From: Candidatus Multivorans sp.
GTDB lineage: Bacteria > Acidobacteriota > Thermoanaerobaculia > Multivoradales > Multivoraceae
Length of the DNA: 64,000 nt
Direction: 5' to 3'
Assembly (NCBI GenBank): GCA_965247095.1
Contig: OZ251997.1
Location: 1,408,001-1,472,000, forward strand
Shown: piece by piece, positions 28,909 to 37,844 of the stretch
How the letters are laid out: every line of letters begins with the position of its first letter
Position numbering within the stretch: the stretch's first letter is position 1
Made by a program: the position numbers and the translations under genes
The notes under the pieces: model-generated
What the model was told of the DNA's origin: nothing
Seen by the model: the letters and a program-made list of their open reading frames with translations, nothing else
Database searches by the model: none

Positions 28909-29457
28909 CTACGTTGCCGCCTGCTCGATGACATCGAATCCGATTCTCTCGTGTCCGCTCTCACAGGCATCCGTCAGGGCGACATGGACTGTGCCGATGA
29001 CCTTCCGAAGTGATCCACCGAACTCCGTCACGTACAAGCTGTACAGTCGCTCGACCGCTTCGTGAGCAATCACGTCGTCCAGATGTCCGCCGTCGCCTCC
29101 GTGGTAGCGAATCCGCGACTCCAGCACCTTGCCCAACGCTTCGATCGATGGCAAGGAGCCCCTTCTCTGGTTGGCCGAAGCGCCGCCGTTCCCAGGAGCG
29201 CCTCTTTCTGGTCCGTGTACCGAAGGTCCGTCTCGGGCTGGTCAACGATGGCCTGCACTACAAGGCTCACGACTTCTCGTACATCAGCAACCCGGTCGCC
29301 CGATTCAACCCCCGCGCAGCCCCCTCCCAAGACGTTCCTCCAAAGAACGGCCGGTGAGTTCGGTGTATGCAACGTGGTAGAGGCCAAGGTCGTGCCGTAG
29401 CGGGGCGTGGTCAAAGGCGTGCTCCTCCCACAATCGAAGCAGAAGAGGGCGGCTCAC
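28909..29457 (-). pseudogene. Heavily deleted remnant of a partner P-loop/AAA+ ATPase gene
   Basis: GTGA overlap with the upstream stop starts VSRPLLLRLWEEHAFDHAPL..YHVAYTEL, then stops and frameshifts. Ends with an AAA+ lid-like segment (EALGKVLESRI..GSLRKVI..HVAL..ERIGFDVIEQAA). Confidence 0.45.
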
Positions 29458-30566
29458 GGCCCGTTCTCGCTCGTGATGCCGAGGGGCCGGTACAGCTTGC
29501 GGGGCCTGCCACGAGCAGTACGCATCTCTGAGACTAAGACGAGATTCGACGCCTCAAGCCGCCTAAGGACCTGCGTCGCCCGGGAACGAGAGACGCCGAG
29601 GTCGGTCAGGAACTCCTCGTCGGATGCGCTCGCGGGGCCAGCCGCGAGAAGGTAGTGCATCACTGCCAGTTCGGTCTTGCCGAGCGAGGCGGCCGTAGCA
29701 AGCGCCTCGTCGATGGTGCGCGTCTGCCGGGACGTGCTGAGCAACGTGTCCCTGGCTGCCGCCAGCAGGCGCCGCGGGACGCCGTCGCTCCGTTCGACGA
29801 TCTGATCCAACCGCTCCCGAATCCGCGCGACATCTCCAAGCTCCTCACTCGTTGCATCGGCAAGGCGAGCCAGTACGAACTGGCGAGCCTGCTCGGGTTC
29901 CAGGGGACCCAGCACAATTTCGTCGTCGAAGAATGCGTCCGCCGGGGGCTCAAGATACTCGTCTCGGCGGTCCAGCCGCCCAGCCACGACCCAGGTCCAG
30001 CCGAGTTCCCAGATCTCGTCCCGGAGTCGACCAAAGAGAGCGTGAACCAGCCCCGGCTGCAGCGTCCCGTCGAGAATCACGACAAGACGCCTCTCAGTGC
30101 CTTCCTCCTGCGCGCCTTCGTCGGGCTCACGATCGCTCAGGGTCCTTTCAATGTTCCGCAGCGGCGCCAGCGGGTCAGAGTCGCCGGGAATCGTCTTGAC
30201 GTCGATTCCCTCGCTAAAGGCCTGGACGTACCGCTGGAAGGCCGAAACCACCTCTGGAGCTCGTTGTATGGTCTGAGTCCGCGGCGGACGCCTGCCCTCC
30301 ACACCGATGCGGATCGCGGTGGCAAGCTCCGACAGGGACTCGGCAGCCGCTCCGCCGACCAGGCCCACACGCTGGCCGGCGTCCTCGAGTTGGCGCGCAT
30401 GCTGGCTGAGTAGAGACGTCACGCCCGAGCCTCGAGCGCCAAGCACGAGGACATTGAGTCCCAAACGGGCCGCTCGGTCCAGGCGAGCCAACTCGCCTTC
30501 CCGGCCGACGAACAGATCCCGGTCTACATCGCCTCTAGTCAGCGGCCGTTGGCTCAAGAACAACAT
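29454..30566 (-). CDS. P-loop NTPase (AAA_16/STAND-like, degenerate Walker A) with C-terminal winged HTH
   Basis: LFVGREGEL, GARGSGVTS (Lys replaced by Val), VVILDG, GVPRRLL lid, LGVSRSRATQVLRRLE..GRPRKLY wHTH. Confidence 0.78.
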   Translation of the reverse strand: MLFLSQRPLTRGDVDRDLFVGREGELARLDRAARLGLNVLVLGARGSGVTSLLSQHARQLEDAGQRVGLVGGAAAESLSELATAIRIGVEGRRPPRTQTIQRAPEVVSAFQRYVQAFSEGIDVKTIPGDSDPLAPLRNIERTLSDREPDEGAQEEGTERRLVVILDGTLQPGLVHALFGRLRDEIWELGWTWVVAGRLDRRDEYLEPPADAFFDDEIVLGPLEPEQARQFVLARLADATSEELGDVARIRERLDQIVERSDGVPRRLLAAARDTLLSTSRQTRTIDEALATAASLGKTELAVMHYLLAAGPASASDEEFLTDLGVSRSRATQVLRRLEASNLVLVSEMRTARGRPRKLYRPLGITSENGP

Positions 30567-30651
30567 TCACCAAACTTACAGTAACTTTGGTGAACACGCA
30601 AGGGCCGTTGCTGGATCAGGGCTACCCAACCAAATTCACTGTAAATTTGGT
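30566..30651 (-). promoter_or_regulatory. Sigma-70 leaderless promoter overlapped by twin palindromic operators
   Basis: Minus strand TTGCGT-17 bp-TAAGTT-6 nt-ATG. Inverted repeats TTCACCAAA-N11-TTTGGTGAA (30566-30594) and ACCAAATT-N7-AATTTGGT (30629-30651), centres 60 bp apart. Confidence 0.72.
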
Positions 30652-30723
30652 GAGACACATCGACGCGCCCTCACAGGACCGACAGCGCGGGTAGTGAGCG
30701 CCCCGCAGAACCGACGACTTCCA

Positions 30724-30903
30724 GCCCGCTCCGGGGCTCAGGGGAGAGGGTCCCAGGGAGGCTGTCGGCAAGCGACGCCCGACGGCATCTCAATTGCCGA
30801 CGACGAACCGGAGCGCAGCCGACCGCAGCGAGCGCCAACTCCTGTGACACCAAACAAGCGCGAGCGGCCCCAGGGACCCTCTCCCCTGAGCCCCGGAGCG
30901 GGC
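30724..30903. mobile_element. MITE-like element with 31-bp perfect terminal inverted repeats
   Basis: gcccgctccggggctcaggggagagggtccc (30724-30754) is the exact reverse complement of 30873-30903; ~118 bp non-coding interior. Confidence 0.55.
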
Positions 30904-30973
30904 GGGTGAACACGTCGCCATCGACTCCGGCGGTACACTGCCCGCTTCGCCAACGGATCAGGACCCGCCACCC

Positions 30974-32044
30974 ATGGATTTCGGCATCTGCGTCGCCAGC
31001 AAGATCGACGACATCGGCTACATCGAGCGGGCGGAGGCGCTCGGATACAGCCACGCATGGCTGGCCGACAGCCAGATGATCTGGTCGGACTGCTATGCGG
31101 TCATGGCGCTGGCGGCGGCGCGGACGAACCGGATCAAGCTCGGAACCGGGGTGGCGATTACCGGCACACGGATCGCGCCGGTGACGGCGCACAGCATCGC
31201 GACGATCAATCGGATCGCGCCGGGGCGCACGTTCCTGGGCATCGGCGCCGGCAACACGGCAATGCGGCTGATGGGGCACCGGCCGATCGGCGTCGCCGAG
31301 TTCGGCGAGTACCTGCGCGTGGTGCGGGCGCTGCTCGACGGCGAGGAAGCCGACTTTGCGTTCCGGGGGCGCACGGAGCCGCTCCGGTTCCTGATGGAGG
31401 AGCAGGGCTTCATCGCCACTGAACCCCGGATTCCGATGTACGTCTCCGGTTTCGGCCCCAAGAGCCAAGCCCTGGCCGGCGAAGTCGGCGATGGCCTGGT
31501 CATGTCGATTCCCCCGAACGCCGCCCTGTTCGACCGCGCGATCGAGAACTGCCGGCGGGGCGCCGAGGCCGTGGACCGGGACTTCGACCGTGACAGCTTC
31601 TACACCTGCTCGCTGACCACGGCGGTGATCCTGGAACCCGGAGAGGATCTGACCTCACCCCGGGTGATCGAGGAATGCGGCCCGTTCGTGCTCTCCGGCC
31701 TGCACTACCTCTACGATCAGCAGCGCCAGTTCAACCGGGCGCCGCCGCCCCACGTACGGCCCGTCTGGGACGAGTACTGCCGGCTCGTCGAGCAAACGCC
31801 GGCGCGCGGACGGCACCTGCGCGTTCACGCCGGCCACTGCACCTACTCGCTTCCCGAGGAGGAGCAGTTCGTCACGCCGGATCTGATCCGTGCCTCCTGC
31901 CTGGCGGGTACGGCCGAGGAGGTGCGCGCCCAGGTCCGGACTCTCGCCGAAGCCGGTCTCGATCAACTCATGCTGTTGCCCTCCCTCGCCACCCAGGAGC
32001 GGGTGATCGAGCAATTCCACGACCAGGTGATGGCCAAGCTGTAG
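30974..32044 (+). CDS. LLM-class (luciferase-like) flavin-dependent oxidoreductase
   Basis: AEALGYSHAWLADS, TNRIKLGTGV, GRTFLGIGAG, IPMYVSGFGPK..AGEVGDG. Confidence 0.88.
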   Translation: MDFGICVASKIDDIGYIERAEALGYSHAWLADSQMIWSDCYAVMALAAARTNRIKLGTGVAITGTRIAPVTAHSIATINRIAPGRTFLGIGAGNTAMRLMGHRPIGVAEFGEYLRVVRALLDGEEADFAFRGRTEPLRFLMEEQGFIATEPRIPMYVSGFGPKSQALAGEVGDGLVMSIPPNAALFDRAIENCRRGAEAVDRDFDRDSFYTCSLTTAVILEPGEDLTSPRVIEECGPFVLSGLHYLYDQQRQFNRAPPPHVRPVWDEYCRLVEQTPARGRHLRVHAGHCTYSLPEEEQFVTPDLIRASCLAGTAEEVRAQVRTLAEAGLDQLMLLPSLATQERVIEQFHDQVMAKL

Positions 32045-32070
32045 CTTCGAGCCGACGCTACGATCACGCC

Positions 32071-33177
32071 ATGCTGCTGCTGGTTCTGCCCTGGAACGCC
32101 GAAGCGGAGGCGTCCGCCGAGTGGTGGTACCTCCGCCGTTGGCTGAGCGGAGAGGCGCGGGCCGTCTTCGGCGATGTCGAGGTCATAGCAAAGTTGCCTG
32201 CCAGACTGCCGGATCGCGCCGACGCGGTGCTGATCCTGGAGTCCTGCCGCGTCCTGATCGGCCGGGCTTCCCTGAAGCGGATGCGGGAGGAACTCACCGG
32301 CGGCGCGGGCCGTGACCAAGGCGCCGTCTACGCGACCGACCTGACCACGACTGGACCGGAGGCGAGCAACGACCTGTTCACCCTGGCCGACTTCGAGCTC
32401 GCCGAGGCGGCGTGGCTCGTCGGCGGCGCCGCGAACCCGGCAACCGCACCGCCCGAGCAGGGGGCGAGCCCCGCCGTCCTGCTGTCGCCCGCCGCGTCAG
32501 TCAGGTGGGCGGCAGGTGAACGCCCCGCTGGGCCGCGCGCCGGCCTCTGTTACCAGTTCATCGACTACTACGGCGGCGAGCGCGCCGATGTCCTGCCTCT
32601 GCTGCCAGGGGACCTCGGACCTGCATCGTCCGTGCTGGAAATCGGCTGCGGACGCGCCGCGACCGGGGCGCTGATCAAGGAGCGGTTCGGCTGCCGCGTG
32701 GTCGGAGTCGAACTGAACCCCGAAGCGGCGGCGGCAGCGGCGGCGCGCCTGGACCGGGTGATGCGCGGCGACGTTCAGATCCTCGAACCGGGCGAGACCT
32801 TCGACGCGATCGTCGCCTTCGAGCTGTTCGAGCACCTGACGGACGGGCAGGTCTTCCTGGAGCGGGCAGCCGGCTGGCTCCGTCCCGGCGGCCGGATGGT
32901 GTTCTCGGTGCCCAACGTCGGCCACTACTCGGTGGTCGAGGATCTGATTGCCGGGCGTTGGGACTACGTGCCCATGGGCCTGCTCTGCGCCACCCACGTC
33001 CGGTTCTTCACCCGTCGCACGCTGGAGGACTGGCTGCACGCGGCCGGCTTCGACCGCTACCGGATCGACGCCCAGACCACTCCCCTGCCGGCGCGGATCG
33101 ATGCGCTGCCCGCGTCGCTGGCGCCGGACCGCGAGAGTCTGGCCACGGCCGGTTTCTACGTCTCAATCTTCGTGTGA
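32071..33177 (+). CDS. Class I SAM-dependent methyltransferase with divergent N-terminal domain (surface-glycan associated)
   Basis: VLEIGCG, GVELNP, FDAIVAFELFEHL, LRPGG, SVPN, THVRFFT; ATG 32071 preceded by TACGAT. Confidence 0.8.
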   Translation: MLLLVLPWNAEAEASAEWWYLRRWLSGEARAVFGDVEVIAKLPARLPDRADAVLILESCRVLIGRASLKRMREELTGGAGRDQGAVYATDLTTTGPEASNDLFTLADFELAEAAWLVGGAANPATAPPEQGASPAVLLSPAASVRWAAGERPAGPRAGLCYQFIDYYGGERADVLPLLPGDLGPASSVLEIGCGRAATGALIKERFGCRVVGVELNPEAAAAAAARLDRVMRGDVQILEPGETFDAIVAFELFEHLTDGQVFLERAAGWLRPGGRMVFSVPNVGHYSVVEDLIAGRWDYVPMGLLCATHVRFFTRRTLEDWLHAAGFDRYRIDAQTTPLPARIDALPASLAPDRESLATAGFYVSIFV

Positions 33178-34205
33178 CCGACCGGCCGCTCCGTCACGAG
33201 ACCGTGCCGGAACGCGCCCAACAGCGCTTCGGCCGTCCGTTGCTCGGTGTACGTCTCGGCGATAGAGCGACCGCCCGCGCCCAACCGGCGTCGCAGTTCC
33301 CGGTCCCGCCACAGGCGTTCGACCGCCGAGCGAAGCGCCTCCGCGTCACCGACCGGCACCTTGATCGAGGCCCGGTCCTCCGGGTCGAGGTCGCGGTGCG
33401 ACGGAATGTCCGTCAACACACAGGCGCGGCCGCAGCCCATCGCCTCGAGCGCGATCAGACCGAAGCCTTCGAGCGGCGACGACGGACCGATGCATAGATC
33501 GACGCCCCGGAACAGCGCCGGTACTGCCGTCGGCGGGACATGGCGTCGCCGGTCCGCCTCGGGCCACAGGGCCAGTTCCTCCTCGTCCGCATCGAGCGAC
33601 AGGCGGACCAGTTCGAGCCGTCCCCCGGTCTGCTCGAACAGAGGCCGAAGCGCCCGCAGGCACCAGGCCACGCCCTTGACCTCGAGGGCCCAGTGCCCGC
33701 TGACCAGCAGCCGCAACCGACCGTCGTCGGCGCGCTCACGCTCCGGCGGGCGGAACAGGTCCGGCTCGAAGGGCTGCGGAATCCAACGCGCCGCCACGCC
33801 GTGCCGATCGCGCAGTGTACGAACCAGGTGCGGCGATACAACCAGCTTGAGCGCCGGCAGGTCGTAGGCCACCCGCATCGCCTCACGGGCTACCGGCGCC
33901 AGCGTGTCGTGACCCGGCTCGTACCCCTGGCACAGGTGGCAGGCCAGCCGCTCGGCGATCTCGATCGCCGGGGCGACCGTCGGCGCCAGCGTGCCGACTG
34001 CGACCTCGACTCGGGGCAGGAAACGACCCTCGAGGGCCGGAGCCTGCCGGTAGAACGCGTCGGCACCGTCGAACCAGTCCGGGCAAGTGTCAGGCGAATG
34101 GACCGTGACCTCGACCCCGAGCCGCCTCAAGGCCCGAGCGTGCTGGAACACGACCTTGACGCCGCCGTAGAGGGCGGCGCCGGGCAGGAGATAGGCGACT
34201 CTCAG
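33156..34205 (-). CDS. Glycosyltransferase family 4
   Basis: LRVAYLLP..YGGVKVVFQHA, KG motif, EGFGLIALEAMGCG. Start codon uncertain (CTG 34205 or GTG 34151). Confidence 0.82.
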   Translation of the reverse strand: MRVAYLLPGAALYGGVKVVFQHARALRRLGVEVTVHSPDTCPDWFDGADAFYRQAPALEGRFLPRVEVAVGTLAPTVAPAIEIAERLACHLCQGYEPGHDTLAPVAREAMRVAYDLPALKLVVSPHLVRTLRDRHGVAARWIPQPFEPDLFRPPERERADDGRLRLLVSGHWALEVKGVAWCLRALRPLFEQTGGRLELVRLSLDADEEELALWPEADRRRHVPPTAVPALFRGVDLCIGPSSPLEGFGLIALEAMGCGRACVLTDIPSHRDLDPEDRASIKVPVGDAEALRSAVERLWRDRELRRRLGAGGRSIAETYTEQRTAEALLGAFRHGLVTERPVGHTKIET

Positions 34206-34222
34206 GCCACAATCCCCAGCGA

Positions 34223-35617
34223 TCAGGCCACGATGCCCAACGGCGGCCGCGTCCGGTAGGCGCCTCGGGTGAAGTCCGGGAACTCGACCGGCTCGCTGCC
34301 CCGCGCCACCGAGAGTTCGCTCAACTCGACCGGCGCCGACAGCGCGGCCGCATCGTAGACGTCCATGTCGGTCGGCGTGCCCTCAAGCAGGCAGCGCACG
34401 AGGCGGTAGTCCTCGAGGTAGTCCATGCCGCCGTGGCCGGCGCCCTCGGCGTCGTCCGCCTGCTCCGACCACAACGGGTGTTCGAAGCGCTCCCGGTAGG
34501 GCTCGACGTCGCTCCAGTCGTGCCCTTCGGCCTCGCCCTCGATGAATACGCGGTCCGGGAAGCCCGCGAACACGCCGCGCGTGCCCTGCACCAGGTTCAG
34601 CCGGCTGTATGGCCGGGGCGTCGTCGTGTCGTGCTGGAGCAGGATGCTGCGCCCGCGGCGCGTACGGATCAGGCTGGAGTTCATGTCGCCGAGGGCGTAG
34701 CGGACCTTGGCCCGCGGGTCGTCGGTCCCGAAGCGCTCGGCCGCGTAACGCGCCAGACCGCGAGCCGGGCTCGAGAGCGACACGAGGTAGTCGAAGCAGT
34801 CGCCCCGGTTGATGTCCATGCACTGGGCCACCGGTCCGAGGCCGTGGGTCGGATAGAGGTTCGCGTTCCGCTCGACCGAGTGCTGCAAACGCCAAAGGCC
34901 CTCGTTCGCATCGGAGAACTTGATCGACCGCAGGTCGTGGATGTAGGCCGCCTCGCCGTGCAGGAGTTCGCCAAGCAGGCCCTGGCGCACCATGTTGAGG
35001 ACCATCATCTCGCTGCGGCCGTAGTTGCAGTTCTCCATCATCACGCAGTGGCGTGCCGTGCGCTCGGCGGTCTCGACCAGCCGCCAGCAGCCCTCAAGCG
35101 TGATCGCGGCCGGCACCTCGACCGCGGTGTGCTTGCCGGTCTCCATCGCCTCGACGCAGACCGGCACGTGCCAGCGCCAGGGCGTCGCGTTGAACACCAG
35201 ATCGACGTCGTCGCGCTCGCATAACCGCTTGAAGTCCGTCTCCCCGCGCGTGTAGAGCTCCGGCGCCTCATTCCCGGCGTCGACCACCCAGGACGCGACC
35301 TCCTCGGCGCGCGGCTCGTCGATGTCGCACACCGCAACGATGTCGACACCGTCGATACGGAGGAAGTTGCGGACGTGGCCGCCGCCCTGGAGACCGACGC
35401 CGACGAAGCCGATCCGCACACGCTCGAGTGGCGGCGCGGCGAACCCCGCGCGATAGGCCTCGACCGCCGGGTCGGCCGCCTGTGGTCCGGTCTGCCGGCC
35501 GACCGGCTCCTGAGGAGTTGCGGCGCGGGCGCGCACTGCCGCTGCGGCGGCGGCCGGGCCCACCCATGCCGCCTTCAACAGCTCACGGCGCCCCCACCGA
35601 GGTGTCCACCTGCTCAT
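34223..35617 (-). CDS. Tat-exported Gfo/Idh/MocA oxidoreductase, GH109 (alpha-N-acetylgalactosaminidase)-like
   Basis: GRRELL Tat motif, VRIGFVGVG, ATPWRWH, EVPAA, MMENCNY, YIHDLR, NLYPTHGLGP, RPYSR, GHGGMD, PDFTRG. Confidence 0.88.
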   Translation of the reverse strand: MSRWTPRWGRRELLKAAWVGPAAAAAAVRARAATPQEPVGRQTGPQAADPAVEAYRAGFAAPPLERVRIGFVGVGLQGGGHVRNFLRIDGVDIVAVCDIDEPRAEEVASWVVDAGNEAPELYTRGETDFKRLCERDDVDLVFNATPWRWHVPVCVEAMETGKHTAVEVPAAITLEGCWRLVETAERTARHCVMMENCNYGRSEMMVLNMVRQGLLGELLHGEAAYIHDLRSIKFSDANEGLWRLQHSVERNANLYPTHGLGPVAQCMDINRGDCFDYLVSLSSPARGLARYAAERFGTDDPRAKVRYALGDMNSSLIRTRRGRSILLQHDTTTPRPYSRLNLVQGTRGVFAGFPDRVFIEGEAEGHDWSDVEPYRERFEHPLWSEQADDAEGAGHGGMDYLEDYRLVRCLLEGTPTDMDVYDAAALSAPVELSELSVARGSEPVEFPDFTRGAYRTRPPLGIVA

Positions 35618-35735
35618 GGACCGGAGGCTACACCCAGGAGACCGGGCAGCGCCACGAAGGTTCTCCGTTCGACCGCCAACTCCAGGGCCCCTTCCCTTGG
35701 ACGGCAAACGGGGCCGCAACCGTATACTCCTCTGC

Positions 35736-36341
35736 ATGTCCGTGACGTTGCTGGAACAGCCGCCGCCGACGCTGCACCGGAAGCTCGGCCCGTACCGCCG
35801 GGCCGACTACGCCGTCCTGCCAGACGAACCACGCTGCGAACTGATCTTCGGCAGGCTCTATTTGAGTCCGAGCCGAGTCCCCCTGCACCAGTTCCTCGTG
35901 ACCCGGATCTGGCGCCTTGTCGCCGACGTGGCGGAACGGACCGGCGGCATGGCGCTGGTCGCGCCGATGGATGTCCACCTCGCCGACCACTCCGTGGTGC
36001 AGCCCGACATCCTCTACGTCTCGCGGCGGAACCGCGGGATCATCCAGAACTGGATCGAAGGTCCGCCCGACCTTGTGGTCGAGATCCTGTCGAGGTCGAC
36101 GGCAAGCCGGGACCAGGTCCACAAGCTGAACCTCTACGCCGAGGCTGGTGTACCCGAGTACTGGATCGTCGATCCGGCGGGTCGCCACATCACGTTTCTT
36201 GTGCTCCGGGACGGCGCCTTTGCCGTCTATGCCCCGGAAGCGGGAGAGTGGCGCTCTCCTGCGCTCCCCGAGGTCAAGTTGGACATCGACAGTCTGTGGG
36301 CAGCGGTCGAACGAGAGTTCGGCCCACGTTCCGGCCCGTAG
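35736..36341 (+). CDS. Uma2/DUF820 family putative endonuclease
   Basis: ELIFG..SP..HQ, VVQPDI, PDLVVEILS, D..KL.LYAEAGVPEYWIVDP. Confidence 0.88.
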   Translation: MSVTLLEQPPPTLHRKLGPYRRADYAVLPDEPRCELIFGRLYLSPSRVPLHQFLVTRIWRLVADVAERTGGMALVAPMDVHLADHSVVQPDILYVSRRNRGIIQNWIEGPPDLVVEILSRSTASRDQVHKLNLYAEAGVPEYWIVDPAGRHITFLVLRDGAFAVYAPEAGEWRSPALPEVKLDIDSLWAAVEREFGPRSGP

Positions 36342-36369
36342 CGGCGACCGGAGCGGCGCTTCGCGCCGA

Positions 36370-36468
36370 ATGCGGGCGGGACGCCCGCATGTCATCCGTG
36401 CGCCCGATGACCGGCGCACGGAGTGGTTCGCGGGTGGCGCGGATCGCGCCACCCGGGTTCCCAGGGAC
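36370..36468. repeat. Composite REP-like palindrome cluster between convergent genes
   Basis: Three hairpins: atgcgggcg-gga-cgcccgcat; tccgtgcgcc..ggcgcacgga; cgggtggcgcg-gat-cgcgccacccg. Confidence 0.8.
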
Positions 36469-36474
36469 TAGCTG

Positions 36475-37281
36475 CTAGAAGTTGAAGAAGTCGTCTTCCT
36501 CGCCGCCGCCGAGGTAGGACGCCTCCTCGTCGAGCCAGGCCTGGAACCCTTCCTCGGTGTGAACGGTCAGGAAGCCGCGCATCGAGTAGTGGCTGTTGCC
36601 GCAGAGCTGGGCGCAGGCGATTTCGTAGACGTAGTCGGGATTGCCGACCTCCTCGCGAATCCGGGCCGTCGTCTTGGTGGGAATGAACCAGACCGGAATC
36701 GAGAGACCCGGGATCACGTCCTGTTTGATCCGCATGTTCGGGAGATTGAAGCTGTGGATCACGTCCTTCGACCTCAGATGAATGATCGCCGGCTTGTCGA
36801 CGGGGAGATGCAACTGGTTCACGGTCCAGATGTCGTCGGTGCCTGCCGGGTCGTTGCGGTCGAGGCCGATCGGGTTCGTCGCCTCGTCGGTCAGGTGCGG
36901 ATCCGCCTGCCCAAACACGCCGTCAGCGCCCGGGTACCAGACGTTCCAGGCGAACTGCTGCGCAACGACGCGCACGACCGTTGACTCCGACTCGGACGGC
37001 ACTTCGTCGACTCGTTCCGCCCACATGGGGATCGAGAAGCCGAGGAGCAGAATCCCCTCCCCGATCGCCACCGCGACCTCGCCATACGTGCTCATCTTGC
37101 TCTTGACGCCGACGTAGTCCGCCTTGGGATTGCGGCCGGCGCGGAAGCGCATCAGCGTGTAGAGGAAGAACGCACCCCACACAATCAAGAGCGCGAGCAT
37201 CAGGTAGTGCACCGCGTCGATCATGGTGTCGATCGCGCCGGCATGGGCCGAAGCGGCCGCCGGGAACATGGCATCCATCAT
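36475..37281 (-). CDS. coxB: Cytochrome c oxidase subunit II (CuA), no fused cytochrome c
   Basis: Two TM helices, AQQFAW, DVIHSF, CAQLCGNSHYSM CuA ligands. Confidence 0.92.
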   Translation of the reverse strand: MMDAMFPAAASAHAGAIDTMIDAVHYLMLALLIVWGAFFLYTLMRFRAGRNPKADYVGVKSKMSTYGEVAVAIGEGILLLGFSIPMWAERVDEVPSESESTVVRVVAQQFAWNVWYPGADGVFGQADPHLTDEATNPIGLDRNDPAGTDDIWTVNQLHLPVDKPAIIHLRSKDVIHSFNLPNMRIKQDVIPGLSIPVWFIPTKTTARIREEVGNPDYVYEIACAQLCGNSHYSMRGFLTVHTEEGFQAWLDEEASYLGGGEEDDFFNF

Positions 37282-37387
37282 GACTTCACTGGCTCCTCAA
37301 CTGCCGTCAAGAAAGTAGGGCTGCAGGCACTGCCCCGGCGGAACGCCGGGCAAATCGTTGCCATCATGACTTCACTGGCTCCTCAAC
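37275..37387. repeat. 27-bp perfect direct repeat (37275-37301 and 37361-37387) spanning the coxB RBS and start
   Basis: ccatcatgacttcactggctcctcaac occurs twice, 86 bp apart. Confidence 0.9.
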
Positions 37388-37837
37388 CGTGCTCCACCAG
37401 GGCGGCACCGGGTCTGTTTGCAAACGACGCGCGCGGCGCCGGACATGGAGAAAGAAGAGAACGAAGGCGGCCTGCATCACGAGCACCGCGCCGAGCAGGA
37501 ACCACACACCGACGCGCGCGGCGTCGATCATCGAGCCTTCCGCGGCGCCGTAGCAGACGGAGCAGGCCCAGGCCGCCTGCTCGGATCCGAAGAGCCACAG
37601 GCCAACCACCGCGGGCACGCTGCGGAACAGCTTGCGGCGGCGATTCCACTCCTCTTCGGGCGTGGTGATCTTGCGCCAGAACCAGAAGCCGTACACCACC
37701 AGCGCCGCGGCGACAACGAAGGAACCCACCCCGAGTGCGAAGAACTCGGCGCCTTGGGCCAGGCACCAGCCTCCGAAGAACAACGCCAACAGAACGGCGC
37801 TGCTCACGAAGACGATGTGGATGACCTTCAGGTTCAT
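37364..37837 (-). CDS. Oxidase-operon membrane protein with CxxC (AWACSVCYG); apparent fusion of two small proteins
   Basis: Two-TM N-terminal half, then a signal-like segment, CSVC and one TM; lies between subunit IV and subunit II genes. Confidence 0.65.
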   Translation of the reverse strand: MNLKVIHIVFVSSAVLLALFFGGWCLAQGAEFFALGVGSFVVAAALVVYGFWFWRKITTPEEEWNRRRKLFRSVPAVVGLWLFGSEQAAWACSVCYGAAEGSMIDAARVGVWFLLGAVLVMQAAFVLFFLHVRRRARRLQTDPVPPWWSTVEEPVKS

Positions 37838-37844
37838 GGCTTGA

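Noticed and set aside
31675-32070. N-terminal extension of the methyltransferase ORF
   Set aside because: It overlaps the LLM gene in another frame and is Arg/Pro-rich shadow sequence; ATG 32071 has a -10 box.
36370-36468. CRISPR array or integron attC interpretation of the palindromic repeats
   Set aside because: Copies are dispersed, not regularly spaced with unique spacers; no cas or integron integrase genes and no consistent attC core sites.
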